Shown: piece after piece, positions 48,316 through 57,308 of the stretch
Numbering within the stretch: the first letter of the stretch is position 1
Layout of the letters: each line of letters starts with the position of its first letter
Origin: an uncultured Acidobacteriota bacterium
GTDB taxonomy: Bacteria; Acidobacteriota; Vicinamibacteria; Fen-336
Length of the DNA stretch: 64,000 bases
NCBI GenBank assembly: GCA_963700695.1
Contig: CAVOYO010000012.1
Location: 100,393-164,392 of the forward strand
Direction of reading: 5' to 3'
Program-made: the position numbers and the translations under genes
The notes under the pieces: model-generated
What the model was told of the DNA's origin: nothing
Databases searched by the model: none
The model's input: the letters and a program-made list of their open reading frames with translations, nothing else

Positions 48316-48652
48316 CCGCTGAAAGCGAGCGGCTTGCCAGTACTAGCCAGTTGAGTGCGACTGGGACGATCCGCTGAGTTTAGACGAGACCGGGGGCACG
48401 GGGCAAGGACTTGCTGGGCCACCAGTTTGGGGGCCCTCGGAACCCACTGGACTGGCCGGCAGGCCCCGCGCGCCGGCCTCTCGACGCGGCCTGCCCCCCG
48501 GCCGACGGCGCGCGGGCCCGGTCCTCACGACGGTTGCCTCTTCTGGGGCCCACGGGGGGGCCGCTCCAGGACAACCGCGACCGGGATGTTCCTCTCGATC
48601 CTGCCCATCGAGCGGGAGCTCTGAGCGCATCGGTCGTCAGGTGACGGCCGGG

Positions 48653-49261
48653 TCAGAAGATCGCGGGCCGACAGACTCCGCGATACGAGCTGGGGGCCCG
48701 CCGCATGTGCTCGCTGGCCAGGATGATGTCGTACTGCTCGGAGAAGTCGTTCGAGGACTTGATGCCCAGCTCTTCGCGGACCCCATCGGTGCAGAGGCCC
48801 TGGCGGTTCAGCTGCCTGATCACCTCGTCGACGTACCGGAGCGGATCTTTGACGAGGTAGCAGTTCTCGCACTTCGTGTCATTGAAGTCGAAGAGCTCGG
48901 GGAAGCGCCCGGCGACCGCATCGAGAGCGGCCTCGACCTCTCCCTGGAGGTTGGGGCTCGCGTCGGAGCAGGTCGGGTTGGTCGGGTTGGATGGGGACAG
49001 TCTGCACGAGCCAGGCGGTGGCGGCGGATCATCGGGAGGGGGCCCGGGAGCCTCTGAATCCGGCGATGGTGTGGGCGATGGTGTGGGCGATGGAGCGTCC
49101 GGGACACTTCCCAGCACCGCACTGGAGTCTCCGGTCGGGTTCGACACCCCGCTCGGACCCGTGGGGTCCGGTGCCTCAACCTCCTTGAGCTTCTGGCATC
49201 CGACGAGCAACACAACCGTCACCGCCGCCATCCCCAGCCAGACTCCCGCACGACGCATCAC
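48653..49261 (-). CDS. Hypothetical lipoprotein with Pro/Ser/Thr-rich linker and Cys-containing C-terminal domain
   Basis: LLVGCQK lipobox; PSPTPSPTPSPDSEAPGPPPDDPPPPPGS encoded by tandem 12-nt DNA repeat (49063..49093); C-terminal domain with 6 Cys. Confidence 0.6.
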   Translation of the reverse strand: MMRRAGVWLGMAAVTVVLLVGCQKLKEVEAPDPTGPSGVSNPTGDSSAVLGSVPDAPSPTPSPTPSPDSEAPGPPPDDPPPPPGSCRLSPSNPTNPTCSDASPNLQGEVEAALDAVAGRFPELFDFNDTKCENCYLVKDPLRYVDEVIRQLNRQGLCTDGVREELGIKSSNDFSEQYDIILASEHMRRAPSSYRGVCRPAIF

Positions 49262-49415
49262 CGCCTCCCGGGCGTTGAATCAACTTGAGCAATATGGACT
49301 CAACTGGCCTTGATTGCAAGCTTTCCTGGAGTCTACCCGGGGAGGACGTGGCGAAGCGTCAAGTGCCCGAGCAGAGATCCAGGCTCTGCCCTGCACACGG
49401 CACTCCTTGGAGCTC

Positions 49416-49910
49416 TCAGCCCCTCGAGCATTTCACGTATTTGCAGCGCACGGCGAGTGCTTCCTGTCCATCCGGGGTGATGTTGTACGCCTCCAGCTGA
49501 AAGGTGTTTGGGTCGACCAGCGTGATTTCCGTTCGCCAGCCCCACTCGGGCTGGCCGGCGCCCGCCGAGTAGTGACTCATGAAGATCAACCGGCGACCGT
49601 CCTTCGAGAGCTTGCCCTCGCCCTGCATTGGTGAGGAGCCCGAATGAAAACTGTCGGTCCAGCTGGAATCCCCGTGGGCTATCGAACCCGTGAAGTGAAA
49701 CTCGCCTTGATGCTTCTGTGCCCCTTTGGCCCATTGATAGCTCATGATCCAGGAGCGCTTTCCGGGGTCCTCAGCGACGTGCGCCGACGAATCCGAGCTT
49801 TCCACGGGCGCAGCGGGGTCAGGCCAAAGGTGGTATCGCCCCTGCCACTCCCCCTGTGAGGCGGCGTAGAAGGCCTGGACGTCGCTGGTCTTCTCGGAAG
49901 TGTTGTTCAT
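49416..49910 (-). CDS. Hypothetical protein (DUF1579-like)
   Basis: Start taken at MNNTSEKT; coherent small globular sequence. Confidence 0.4.
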   Translation of the reverse strand: MNNTSEKTSDVQAFYAASQGEWQGRYHLWPDPAAPVESSDSSAHVAEDPGKRSWIMSYQWAKGAQKHQGEFHFTGSIAHGDSSWTDSFHSGSSPMQGEGKLSKDGRRLIFMSHYSAGAGQPEWGWRTEITLVDPNTFQLEAYNITPDGQEALAVRCKYVKCSRG

Positions 49911-49991
49911 GGGTTTGGTGCTCGCGGGGGCGGCGCTGGCGTCGGACGTGCCCAACGCAGGCTCGGTCGTGTTCTGCGGGATCTGGTGGGG

Positions 49992-50402
49992 TCAGGTGAG
50001 TCCCGGACGGATCGCCGCCACGAACGCCAGAAGGTCGTCGAGGTGGTTGCAGAGAACATCTTCGATGACGCCCAGATCCACGTCTTGATAGCCGTGCACG
50101 AGGACATTCCGAAGGCCCGCCATCGCCCGGAGGGTCTCACCCAGCTCCACTGGCACACGGCCGTCCTGCACGAGCAGATCGAACAACTCCCGGTTCGTCT
50201 CGGGTTCTCCCAGCCGGTCGTCGGACACAATATGCGAAGCAACGTCGAGTGCCGCCTGAAGGCCGATCTGGAGCGTGTGTTCGACGAATCGCTGCTCGCG
50301 GATGTCGCTGCGCAAGGCCTCCGGCCGGGCCAGGGAGCGAAGCTGCCCCACGCAGGTTTCGATGACGGCGAGCTTCTTGGCGATGAGGTCTGGATCGGTC
50401 AA
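49992..50402 (-). CDS. hepT: HepT-family (DUF86) RNase toxin of type VII toxin-antitoxin system
   Basis: R-x4-H-x-Y motif in LRNVLVHGY; 136 aa; overlaps mntA by 4 nt. Confidence 0.75.
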   Translation of the reverse strand: MTDPDLIAKKLAVIETCVGQLRSLARPEALRSDIREQRFVEHTLQIGLQAALDVASHIVSDDRLGEPETNRELFDLLVQDGRVPVELGETLRAMAGLRNVLVHGYQDVDLGVIEDVLCNHLDDLLAFVAAIRPGLT

Positions 50403-50797
50403 GCCGGTACCCGACGGTACAGGCGCCGAATGGGCGCGAGATCGAAGTACTCGTTTCGTGACTGGACCTCGAAACGGATGCGGGCAGCCCGATCCCTGTC
50501 CAGGAGCAGGATTCCATCTCGCAGGACGCGGTGGACGAGATCCGCGGGGGCCGTGTTGAGGACGACGACCTGGGCCGCGTGACGAAACGTTCGCTCGACG
50601 GCGTCCTCGAGGTCTCGGGCCACGCTCTTCAGCCTCGCCTCTGGCCTCCGCGCCAGCAACAGCCCGAGATCGATATCGCTCGCAGGCGAGGCGTCTCCAC
50701 GAGCCTGACTACCGTACAGGTAGACCGCGACCGCGTCGGGAGGCACTGAGGACGTCACGACCTCGCGAAGCCGCTCGCGGCTGCTCGGTTCACCCAT
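50399..50797 (-). CDS. mntA: MntA-family nucleotidyltransferase antitoxin
   Basis: LYGSQARGDASPASDIDLGLL = GSx9-13DxD minimal nucleotidyltransferase motif; start at MGEPSSRERL. Confidence 0.75.
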   Translation of the reverse strand: MGEPSSRERLREVVTSSVPPDAVAVYLYGSQARGDASPASDIDLGLLLARRPEARLKSVARDLEDAVERTFRHAAQVVVLNTAPADLVHRVLRDGILLLDRDRAARIRFEVQSRNEYFDLAPIRRLYRRVPA

Positions 50798-50867
50798 GGA
50801 GTCATTATACGAAGGCCTCGTCGGCCAGCGCACCTGTCCAAGCCTGATCTGCGGGACTCTCGAGGAC

Positions 50868-51595
50868 CTACGGGATCCCAGCCAGGCCAGGCTGGGAGGG
50901 GTCCTTTCCGGAACGGCCACCGGCCTCGGTCTCCGGGTCGGAGGCGCGGGGTCGGCGAAGGTCGAGCTTGCGCATGCGGTGGCGCAGCGTGTTCGGGTGA
51001 ATCCCGAGCCGCTCGGCGCCGCCCCCGTCGCCCTCGATGCGCCAGGAGCACCCCTCGAGGACCCGCTCGATGTAGTCCCTCTCGACCTCCTGAAGAGTGC
51101 CCCGGTACCCGCTCGGGCCGTCCCGCGACGGCACGGCCTTGCTGGGGAGCCGGGCGCCCAGCCGCGAGGGCAGTCGGAGCACCCCCTCCGCGGATGTGAT
51201 GACGGCCTGCTCGAGGAGGTTGGACAGCTCCCGAACGTACCCCGGCCACTCGTGGGAGAGGAGCTCGTCCATCAAGGGCTGGGGGATGCTCGCGATCGTC
51301 TTGCCCTGCGCCGCGGCGAATCGGCGGACCGACGTCTCGACCAGCAGGGGGATGTCGTCGCGACGCTGCCGGAGGGGCGGCACCGCGATCGGGAAGACGT
51401 TGAGGCGGTAGAAGAGGCGCCATCACCGGTCGGTCGGCCCGCGAACGCCTCGACGTATCCTTCCCGCACGTCCGACGGGCTGACCTCCTCGATGCTCCGG
51501 CCCAGGAGCTCTTCCGGTGCGAAGCCGGTCAGCTGCGCGACGTACGGATTGACGTAGTTGATGCGACGCTCCCGGTCGAGGGCCAGCGTGCCCAT
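50868..51595 (-). pseudogene. Remnant of a sigma-54-dependent enhancer-binding protein: PAS fragment fused (with frame change) to the last ~50 aa of the AAA+ domain plus Fis-type HTH; Walker A/B and GAFTGA region absent
   Basis: MGTLALDRERRINYVNPYVAQLTGFAPEELLGRSIEEV (PAS), then in another frame RLFYRLNVFPIAVPPLRQRRDDIPLL...HEWPGYVREL...LGIHPNTLRHRMRKLDL. Confidence 0.65.
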
Positions 51596-51699
51596 TCTAG
51601 TTCCCCACGAGAAACGACCGGGGCGCAGCTTTCGACGACTCGCCCCGGCACGACGCATCCGTTCCGGGAAGGTCGGCTCGTGGGACGTTCCCTGAACGA

Positions 51700-52719
51700 T
51701 CAGTCTCCGTCGATCATGTTGCCCAGGCCACCGACCACGTCGAGGATCGACCCTTCTCCCTTGCGGCTGCCTCCGGTCTGGGGCGCGGCCTTGTAGATCC
51801 GGTCGGCCATGCGGCTGAGGGGCAGGGATTGCAGCCACACGCGCCCGGGCCCGGTGAGGGTGGCGAAGAAGAGCCCCTCCCCGCCGAAGAAGGCGGTCTT
51901 GATGCCTCCCACGAACTGGACGTCGTAGCTGACGCTGGGCTGCAGGGCGACGAGGCATCCGGTGTCGACCCGCAAGGTCTCGCCCGCCCCGAGGTGCATC
52001 TCCGTGAGCATGCCTCCGGCGTGGACGAAGCAGAGCCCGTCGCCCTGGAGGCGCTGCATGATGAAGCCCTCCCCCCCGAAGAGCCCCACGCCGATCTTCT
52101 TCTGGAAGGCGATGCTGATGGCCACGCCCTTGGCGGCGCAGAGGAAGGAGTCCTTCTGGCAGATGAGCTCGCCGCCCAGCTCGGGAAGCTCCATGGCGAG
52201 GATCCGACCCGGGTACGGTGCGGCGAAGGCCACCCTCTCCTTCGCCTGGCCGTGCGAGGAGAAGACGGTCATGAAGAGGCTCTCTCCGGTCAGCACGCGC
52301 TTGCCCGCGCCGAGCAGCGCTCCCATGATGCCGGGCTTCTGCTGGCCGCTCGCGTCGCCGAAGATCGTGTCCATCTGGATGCCGGCGGTCATGTACATCA
52401 TGGCCCCGGCCTCCGCGACGCACGCCTCGCCGGGGTCGAGCTCCACCTCGACGAACTGCACGTCCTCGCCCTGGATCTTGTAGTCGATGATGTCCGAGCG
52501 CCGCACCGATGCAGGCATCGGCGGGGGGGCGATCGGCCCGAGGAGCGACGCGAACTTGGGCACGCCCTTGAGCGGCGTCCACGTCTCCATGCCCGCGATG
52601 AAGACCAGGGTCTGGGCGTCGACGCTGCCGTTCTTGATGTTGTTGGCGATGTCCTCCTCGGACACGGGTCCAACCTGCTGGCCGCCCACGGCCATGTACC
52701 ACTGCGGCGTCGAGGACAT
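51700..52719 (-). CDS. AIM24-family (TIGR00266) protein with N-terminal GYF-like DUF4339 domain
   Basis: [26 protein letters not shown]-domain; AIM24 core with [24 protein letters not shown]. Confidence 0.7.
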   Translation of the reverse strand: MSSTPQWYMAVGGQQVGPVSEEDIANNIKNGSVDAQTLVFIAGMETWTPLKGVPKFASLLGPIAPPPMPASVRRSDIIDYKIQGEDVQFVEVELDPGEACVAEAGAMMYMTAGIQMDTIFGDASGQQKPGIMGALLGAGKRVLTGESLFMTVFSSHGQAKERVAFAAPYPGRILAMELPELGGELICQKDSFLCAAKGVAISIAFQKKIGVGLFGGEGFIMQRLQGDGLCFVHAGGMLTEMHLGAGETLRVDTGCLVALQPSVSYDVQFVGGIKTAFFGGEGLFFATLTGPGRVWLQSLPLSRMADRIYKAAPQTGGSRKGEGSILDVVGGLGNMIDGD

Positions 52720-52751
52720 GCTTCCTCCTTCTCCTCGGGTCCTTCTTCAGA

Positions 52752-53441
52752 TCACGAGTCGGCGTCCGGCGCCGCCGCCTCGGCGTCGATGCGGGATGCG
52801 GCCTCGGACTCGAGGCGCGTCACCGCGGCGGGCTCGAGCCCCAGCTGATGCGCCAGCTGGGCCAGGTAGATGCGCTCGCCCCCGCTCACAGTCTCGTCGG
52901 CGCGGACGATGCCGAAAGCAAGCGTGTACAGATCCGCCTTGAGCTTCGGATCGTCGAGGCCGGCGACGATCTCGGCCAGGGGGCGGGGAGACTCCAGCTC
53001 CCGCGCGACCGCGTCCTCCGCCCCGACAGTACGTGCCTCGGCCAGGATGGCGTCGCGCTCCCTCGGCCCCAGGTGTCCGTCGGCCCCGGCGGCGGAGATC
53101 ATGAGGCGGACCACCCGCAGCGCAGGCTCGGGGAGGGCAGGCGGGGGCGGTGCGGCCCCGGTCGTGGGCAGGGGCGGGGGACCGCTGGCGGCCGGCGTGG
53201 TGCCGGGTCGCGGGGGAGGCATCGCGCCGGACCCGGGCGCGGGCCGAGCCGGAACCGTGCGGGACTGCTGCCCTTGCCAGGTCTCGTAGACACCCCAGGC
53301 CACCCCGGCCGCGGCCAGGAGCGTCGTCGCGTTGATCAGCGACCCGCGGCGCCCGAGCGCGCGCCGTGCGCCCCGCGACCTCTTGCCGCGTCCCCCCAGC
53401 GCGCCTCTCAGCAAGCCGTTGACGATGCTCTCCGCGTCCAC
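52752..53441 (-). CDS. DUF533/TerB-like protein
   Basis: GTG start at 53441 preceded by GGGGGAAGAG; N-term VDAESIVNGLLRGALGG, central Pro-rich spacer, C-terminal TerB-like helical domain (ERDAILAEAR...LAFGIVRADETVSGGERIYLAQLAHQLGL). Confidence 0.6.
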   Translation of the reverse strand: MDAESIVNGLLRGALGGRGKRSRGARRALGRRGSLINATTLLAAAGVAWGVYETWQGQQSRTVPARPAPGSGAMPPPRPGTTPAASGPPPLPTTGAAPPPPALPEPALRVVRLMISAAGADGHLGPRERDAILAEARTVGAEDAVARELESPRPLAEIVAGLDDPKLKADLYTLAFGIVRADETVSGGERIYLAQLAHQLGLEPAAVTRLESEAASRIDAEAAAPDADS

Positions 53442-53542
53442 TCTTCCCCCGTTCCGTGATTCGCGGGTTTCCCCGGACCGCCCCGGGGCCGCCGTGTGAC
53501 GTGAACCGTAGCACAGCCACCCCTCCCTCTCGGGCGGGGAGG

Positions 53543-54022
53543 CTACTCGCCCGGAGCCCCCGACGCGTCCTCCCCGCAACGGCAGGGGGGGCAGCCGATA
53601 TCGAGAACGACCCGCCACTGACCGTCCCCCTCGAAGCGCCAGGTGGAGTTGAAGGTGCCCACCCGCTGGCCGTCGGGCCCACGCACGGGCCCGGTGCTGA
53701 TGGCCAGCGTCCCCGAGTCGATCACCTCCACCCGCTCCGGCTCCCACGAGAAGGGTGCCCCGGGGCCTTCGAAGAAGGGCTTCCAGCCTTCGGCGACTGC
53801 CGCGCGGCCGCGAAGCACGGTCGGGCCGAGGAAGAGTGCCTCCTCCGCCACGAAGGCCGCGAAGGCGGCGTGGTCACGGTCGGCCATGGTCTGTGCGAAG
53901 GCGATCTCACGCGCCCGCACCTGCTCGGCAAGCTTCGCGGGTGTCTCGGCATCGTCGCTAGCGGTGCCGAGGCTCGCCAACAGAAGCGCCCCAAGGCTCA
54001 ACCCCCTCATGCGTCCACTCAT
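53543..54022 (-). CDS. Exported SnoaL/NTF2-like (DUF4440-like) protein
   Basis: MSGRMRGLSLGALLLASLGTASD signal; ~140-aa NTF2-like fold sequence; GGAGGA SD before ATG 54022. Confidence 0.55.
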   Translation of the reverse strand: MSGRMRGLSLGALLLASLGTASDDAETPAKLAEQVRAREIAFAQTMADRDHAAFAAFVAEEALFLGPTVLRGRAAVAEGWKPFFEGPGAPFSWEPERVEVIDSGTLAISTGPVRGPDGQRVGTFNSTWRFEGDGQWRVVLDIGCPPCRCGEDASGAPGE

Positions 54023-54332
54023 TCGTTCTCTCCTCCCTCTCGGGATCCTCCGCCGCCCGCGTAGACGTTCCCTACGTCGTCGAGCCGTCCGAGGTCGCCA
54101 CCGGGGGCGGCGTGTCCGGGGCCGACGCTTGGGCGACCCACGGAGCCACGAAGGCCAGGGAGCACCGGGAGACCGGCGAGGCCCACCCTGCGCGTCATGG
54201 GAACCCATTCTAACGGTGGCTCCGCGGATCGGCGCCCCTGCTCCGCGCCTCTGCCGTGATCATATGGCCTCCCGAGGAAGTGCCCTCCGTCACTTTGGTG
54301 AGTCGCATCAGACGGCTACCCTGAGGGTTCTC

Positions 54333-55424
54333 ATGCGGATCCTGCACCTGGCCGACCGGCTGACGGACCGCGGCGGGGCCTACACCTGGATGCTCGGCGT
54401 CGTCGCGGGCCTCGTCGAGGCCGGACACGACGTCCGGCTCGCCGTCGGTGCCGTCGACGGCAGCGTCCCGGTCCCGTGCCCGGTCGAGGTGCAGCCCGGC
54501 CTCGAGGCGCGGGCCGGGGCGTCGGTCGAGCTGGGTCCGTTCGTCCGCTCCGTCGGCCCCGACGTCATCCACGTGCACAACGTCGTCAACCCGACCGTGC
54601 TCGAGTGGGCGGCGGGACGCCCAAACGCGCTCTTCACGATGCAGGACCACCGGTTCTTCTGCCCGACCCGCGGGAAGTGGACCCTCGCGGGCGACGAGTG
54701 CCGGCAGGCGATGGGGCGCGAGACCTGTGCCCCCTGCTTCGAGGACGAGTCCTACTTCCACGAGGTCTTCGCCCTCACCGAGCGACGCCTGACGGCGGTG
54801 CGCGCGATGGAGGCGGTCACCGTCCTCTCGCGATACATGCGCGAGGAGCTCGTGAAGACGGGCGTGCCCTCGACCCGCCTGCGGGTGATCCCACCGTTCG
54901 TCCACGATCTCGACCACGCCGCGGCGCCGGACGGACCCCCGTGCGTGCTGTTCGTGGGGCGTTTCGTGGCCACCAAGGGGGTGGAGGAGGCGGTGGAGGC
55001 CTGGCGCCGCTCCGGCGTGGATCTTCCTCTGGTGCTGGCGGGCACGGGACCGCTCCGAGAGGAGCTGGTGGCCCGATTCCGTGAGACCGAAGGCCCCCCG
55101 ATCGAGGTGCCGGGCTGGGTGGACCGCGAGAGCCTGTCGTCGCTCTACCGTCGCGCCCGCGCCCTGGTTCTCCCCTCCCGTTGGCAGGAGCCCTTCGGCA
55201 TCGCCGGCATAGAGGCGCTCAGCTTCGGCGTTCCCGTCGCGGCCTGGGAGTCCGGCGGTGTCGGTGAGTGGCACCCCGGCCCCGGGCTCGTGAGATGGGG
55301 CGACCTCGACGCGCTCGCCCGCGCCCTCGCCGATGCCGTCACCCGCCGGATCACGGAGCCGCCGATCTACCCCCGTGACGAGACGATCGGTCGCCTCCTC
55401 GCCCTCTACGGCCAGCTGACCTAG
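54333..55424 (+). CDS. Glycosyltransferase family 1 (GT4-type)
   Basis: MRILHLADRLTDRGG N-term; C-terminal EPFGIAGIEALSFGVPV (E-x7-E GT1 motif region). Confidence 0.8.
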   Translation: MRILHLADRLTDRGGAYTWMLGVVAGLVEAGHDVRLAVGAVDGSVPVPCPVEVQPGLEARAGASVELGPFVRSVGPDVIHVHNVVNPTVLEWAAGRPNALFTMQDHRFFCPTRGKWTLAGDECRQAMGRETCAPCFEDESYFHEVFALTERRLTAVRAMEAVTVLSRYMREELVKTGVPSTRLRVIPPFVHDLDHAAAPDGPPCVLFVGRFVATKGVEEAVEAWRRSGVDLPLVLAGTGPLREELVARFRETEGPPIEVPGWVDRESLSSLYRRARALVLPSRWQEPFGIAGIEALSFGVPVAAWESGGVGEWHPGPGLVRWGDLDALARALADAVTRRITEPPIYPRDETIGRLLALYGQLT

Positions 55425-55753
55425 CTGGTCTCCTCCTCCATCTTGGTGGGGGCAATCCAGGTCTTGCCGTCCTTCTCCTCGACCGTGCCGGTCACGACGG
55501 CGGCCTTCTCGCTCTGGCAGACGTGGCCGAACGCCTCGGAGGCCTCGGTCTTGGCGATGTAGTAGTGGGTGACCGTCCCGTCTTCGGCCTTCGTGACGAG
55601 GACGTCCTGGCACTTCGTGGCGTCGGCCTTCTTCAGCGCGCACTTGGCGCACATGACCGTGCCGGTCACGGTCACCTCGTCCCCGGCGGGCAGGCTGGCG
55701 GCGAGCCCCAGAACGAGCGCGACGGCCAGGCCAACCTTGGCGATGGTCTTCAT
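55421..55753 (-). CDS. Small secreted Cys-containing protein
   Basis: MKTIAKVGLAVALVLGLAASLPAG signal; GAGGAGG SD; mature part has MCAKCALKK...KCQD...HVCQ (5 Cys). Confidence 0.6.
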   Translation of the reverse strand: MKTIAKVGLAVALVLGLAASLPAGDEVTVTGTVMCAKCALKKADATKCQDVLVTKAEDGTVTHYYIAKTEASEAFGHVCQSEKAAVVTGTVEEKDGKTWIAPTKMEEETS

Positions 55754-55877
55754 CGTTTCCTCCTCAGATTGCGGCGCCGGCAATGAGCCTGTCGCCCTGC
55801 GGGCCGACGCGACGATACGAGCGTTCCCTCTTGTTGGGTGAACTGAAGATCAGTATTCAGGAACCGGAAGCCCGGCG

Positions 55878-57308
55878 TCAACCCTGGGTAGGGGGCGTGT
55901 CGGCAGGGTTGGGCGTGGCGGGCAAGGCCTCGTCCTCGCGCACGTGGAGGACGCCCGGGCCGGTCAGCAGCGCCTTCGTCTCCTCGGCGGAGGCGTCGTC
56001 GCGCACCACCAGCGTGAAGGGCTCCCCGAAGAACATGCTCGAGTTGACCGCGTCCACGATCGCGTTCGCCCGCACGTAGGTCCGGGCCCGGGCCCGGTCG
56101 GCCAGCACCGTGAGGCGCATGTCGTCCAGAGCGACCAGGCGGATCTCCTCCATCTTGCTCATCTTCTTGGTCACCCGGCGGGCCAGCCGAAGGCGCCGGT
56201 TGCGGAAGCGGCGCCACACGAAGAGCCCGATGATGGCGAAGAGGATCAGGGTGCCCGGGATCCCATCGGCCTGTGAGCCGAAGAGCATGCCGAGCACCAC
56301 CGCGAGAACGACGACGCCCACGACCCCGGGCAGAAGCCACTCACCCAGGGTGCGGTGTCGGAGCGAGGCCCAGTGCTCCTGCAGCCTCGTCCCCAGGGGC
56401 ACCTTGCTCGAGACGCCGCTCTCCACCTCACGCTGCACCGTCTTCAGGTCGGTGATCAGCTCACGGGCGTCGGGGTAGCGGTCGGCCGCCCGCTTGCGGA
56501 GGCACCGCGTGACCACGCGCTGGAGGGACGCGGGGATGTTCGGGCGCAGGGCCGTGACCGGGCGCGTCTCCTCGTAGGCGATGGCGTGCAGCGTGTCGAG
56601 AGGGGTCGAGCCCGAGAAGGGCAGCTGGCCCGTCACCATCTCGTAGAGCACGACCCCGAGGGAGAAGATGTCGCTCCGGTGGTCGATGGTCTGGCCCCGA
56701 GCCTGCTCCGGGCTCATGTAGCGGAGCGTGCCCAGGACGAAGCCGGCCTGCGTCTTGGCCAGCGTCTCCATGTGGGAGATCTCGTCGGCGGAGCGGGCGG
56801 TCCCGGGCTCGAGGAGCTTGGCGAGGCCGAAGTCGAGGATCTTCGCGTGGCCGTCGGGGGTGACGACGACGTTCTCGGGCTTGATGTCCCGGTGAACGAT
56901 GCCCGCCTCGTGAGCCTTCTGGAGTCCCCCCGCCACCTGCGTCGCCACCTCGAGACCCCCGAGGAGGTCCAGCTCTCGGGCCTGGATGAGGGCCTTGACG
57001 GTGCGGCCCTCGACCAGCTCCATGGCGATGAAGAGACCTTCCGGGCCCTCGCCCACCTCGTAGATCGGGGCAATGGCCGGGTGGTTGACCGCGCTCGCGG
57101 CCCGGGCCTCCTGGAGGAAACGTTTCTTGCGCTCCTCGTCCCGGGAGAACTCCGGGGCCAGGACCTTGAGGGCGACCGGGCGGCCGAGCTGGGTGTCGCG
57201 GGCCCGGTAGACGACGCCCATGCCGCCCTTGCCCAGCTCCGCCTCGACCTCGTAGTGCTTGAGGGTTTGCCCGATCATCGCGTCGGATGGTAACACTGCC
57301 GTCGCCAT
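55878..57308 (-). CDS. Ser/Thr protein kinase with TM segment and C-terminal domain of unknown function
   Basis: LGKGGMGVVYRARD, HRDIKPENVVV, DFGLAK, GTLRYMSPEQ; TM LLPGVVGVVVLAVVLGML. Confidence 0.85.
   Translation of the reverse strand: MATAVLPSDAMIGQTLKHYEVEAELGKGGMGVVYRARDTQLGRPVALKVLAPEFSRDEERKKRFLQEARAASAVNHPAIAPIYEVGEGPEGLFIAMELVEGRTVKALIQARELDLLGGLEVATQVAGGLQKAHEAGIVHRDIKPENVVVTPDGHAKILDFGLAKLLEPGTARSADEISHMETLAKTQAGFVLGTLRYMSPEQARGQTIDHRSDIFSLGVVLYEMVTGQLPFSGSTPLDTLHAIAYEETRPVTALRPNIPASLQRVVTRCLRKRAADRYPDARELITDLKTVQREVESGVSSKVPLGTRLQEHWASLRHRTLGEWLLPGVVGVVVLAVVLGMLFGSQADGIPGTLILFAIIGLFVWRRFRNRRLRLARRVTKKMSKMEEIRLVALDDMRLTVLADRARARTYVRANAIVDAVNSSMFFGEPFTLVVRDDASAEETKALLTGPGVLHVREDEALPATPNPADTPPTQG

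Noticed and set aside
48355-48624. 89-aa plus-strand ORF in the 337-bp leader
   Set aside because: Arg/Pro/Gly-rich, no RBS, no start-codon context; typical GC-bias ORF.
54210-55652. 480-aa minus-strand ORF
   Set aside because: Antisense to the GT1 glycosyltransferase (54333..55424) and overlaps the real small secreted-protein gene 55421..55753 in another frame.
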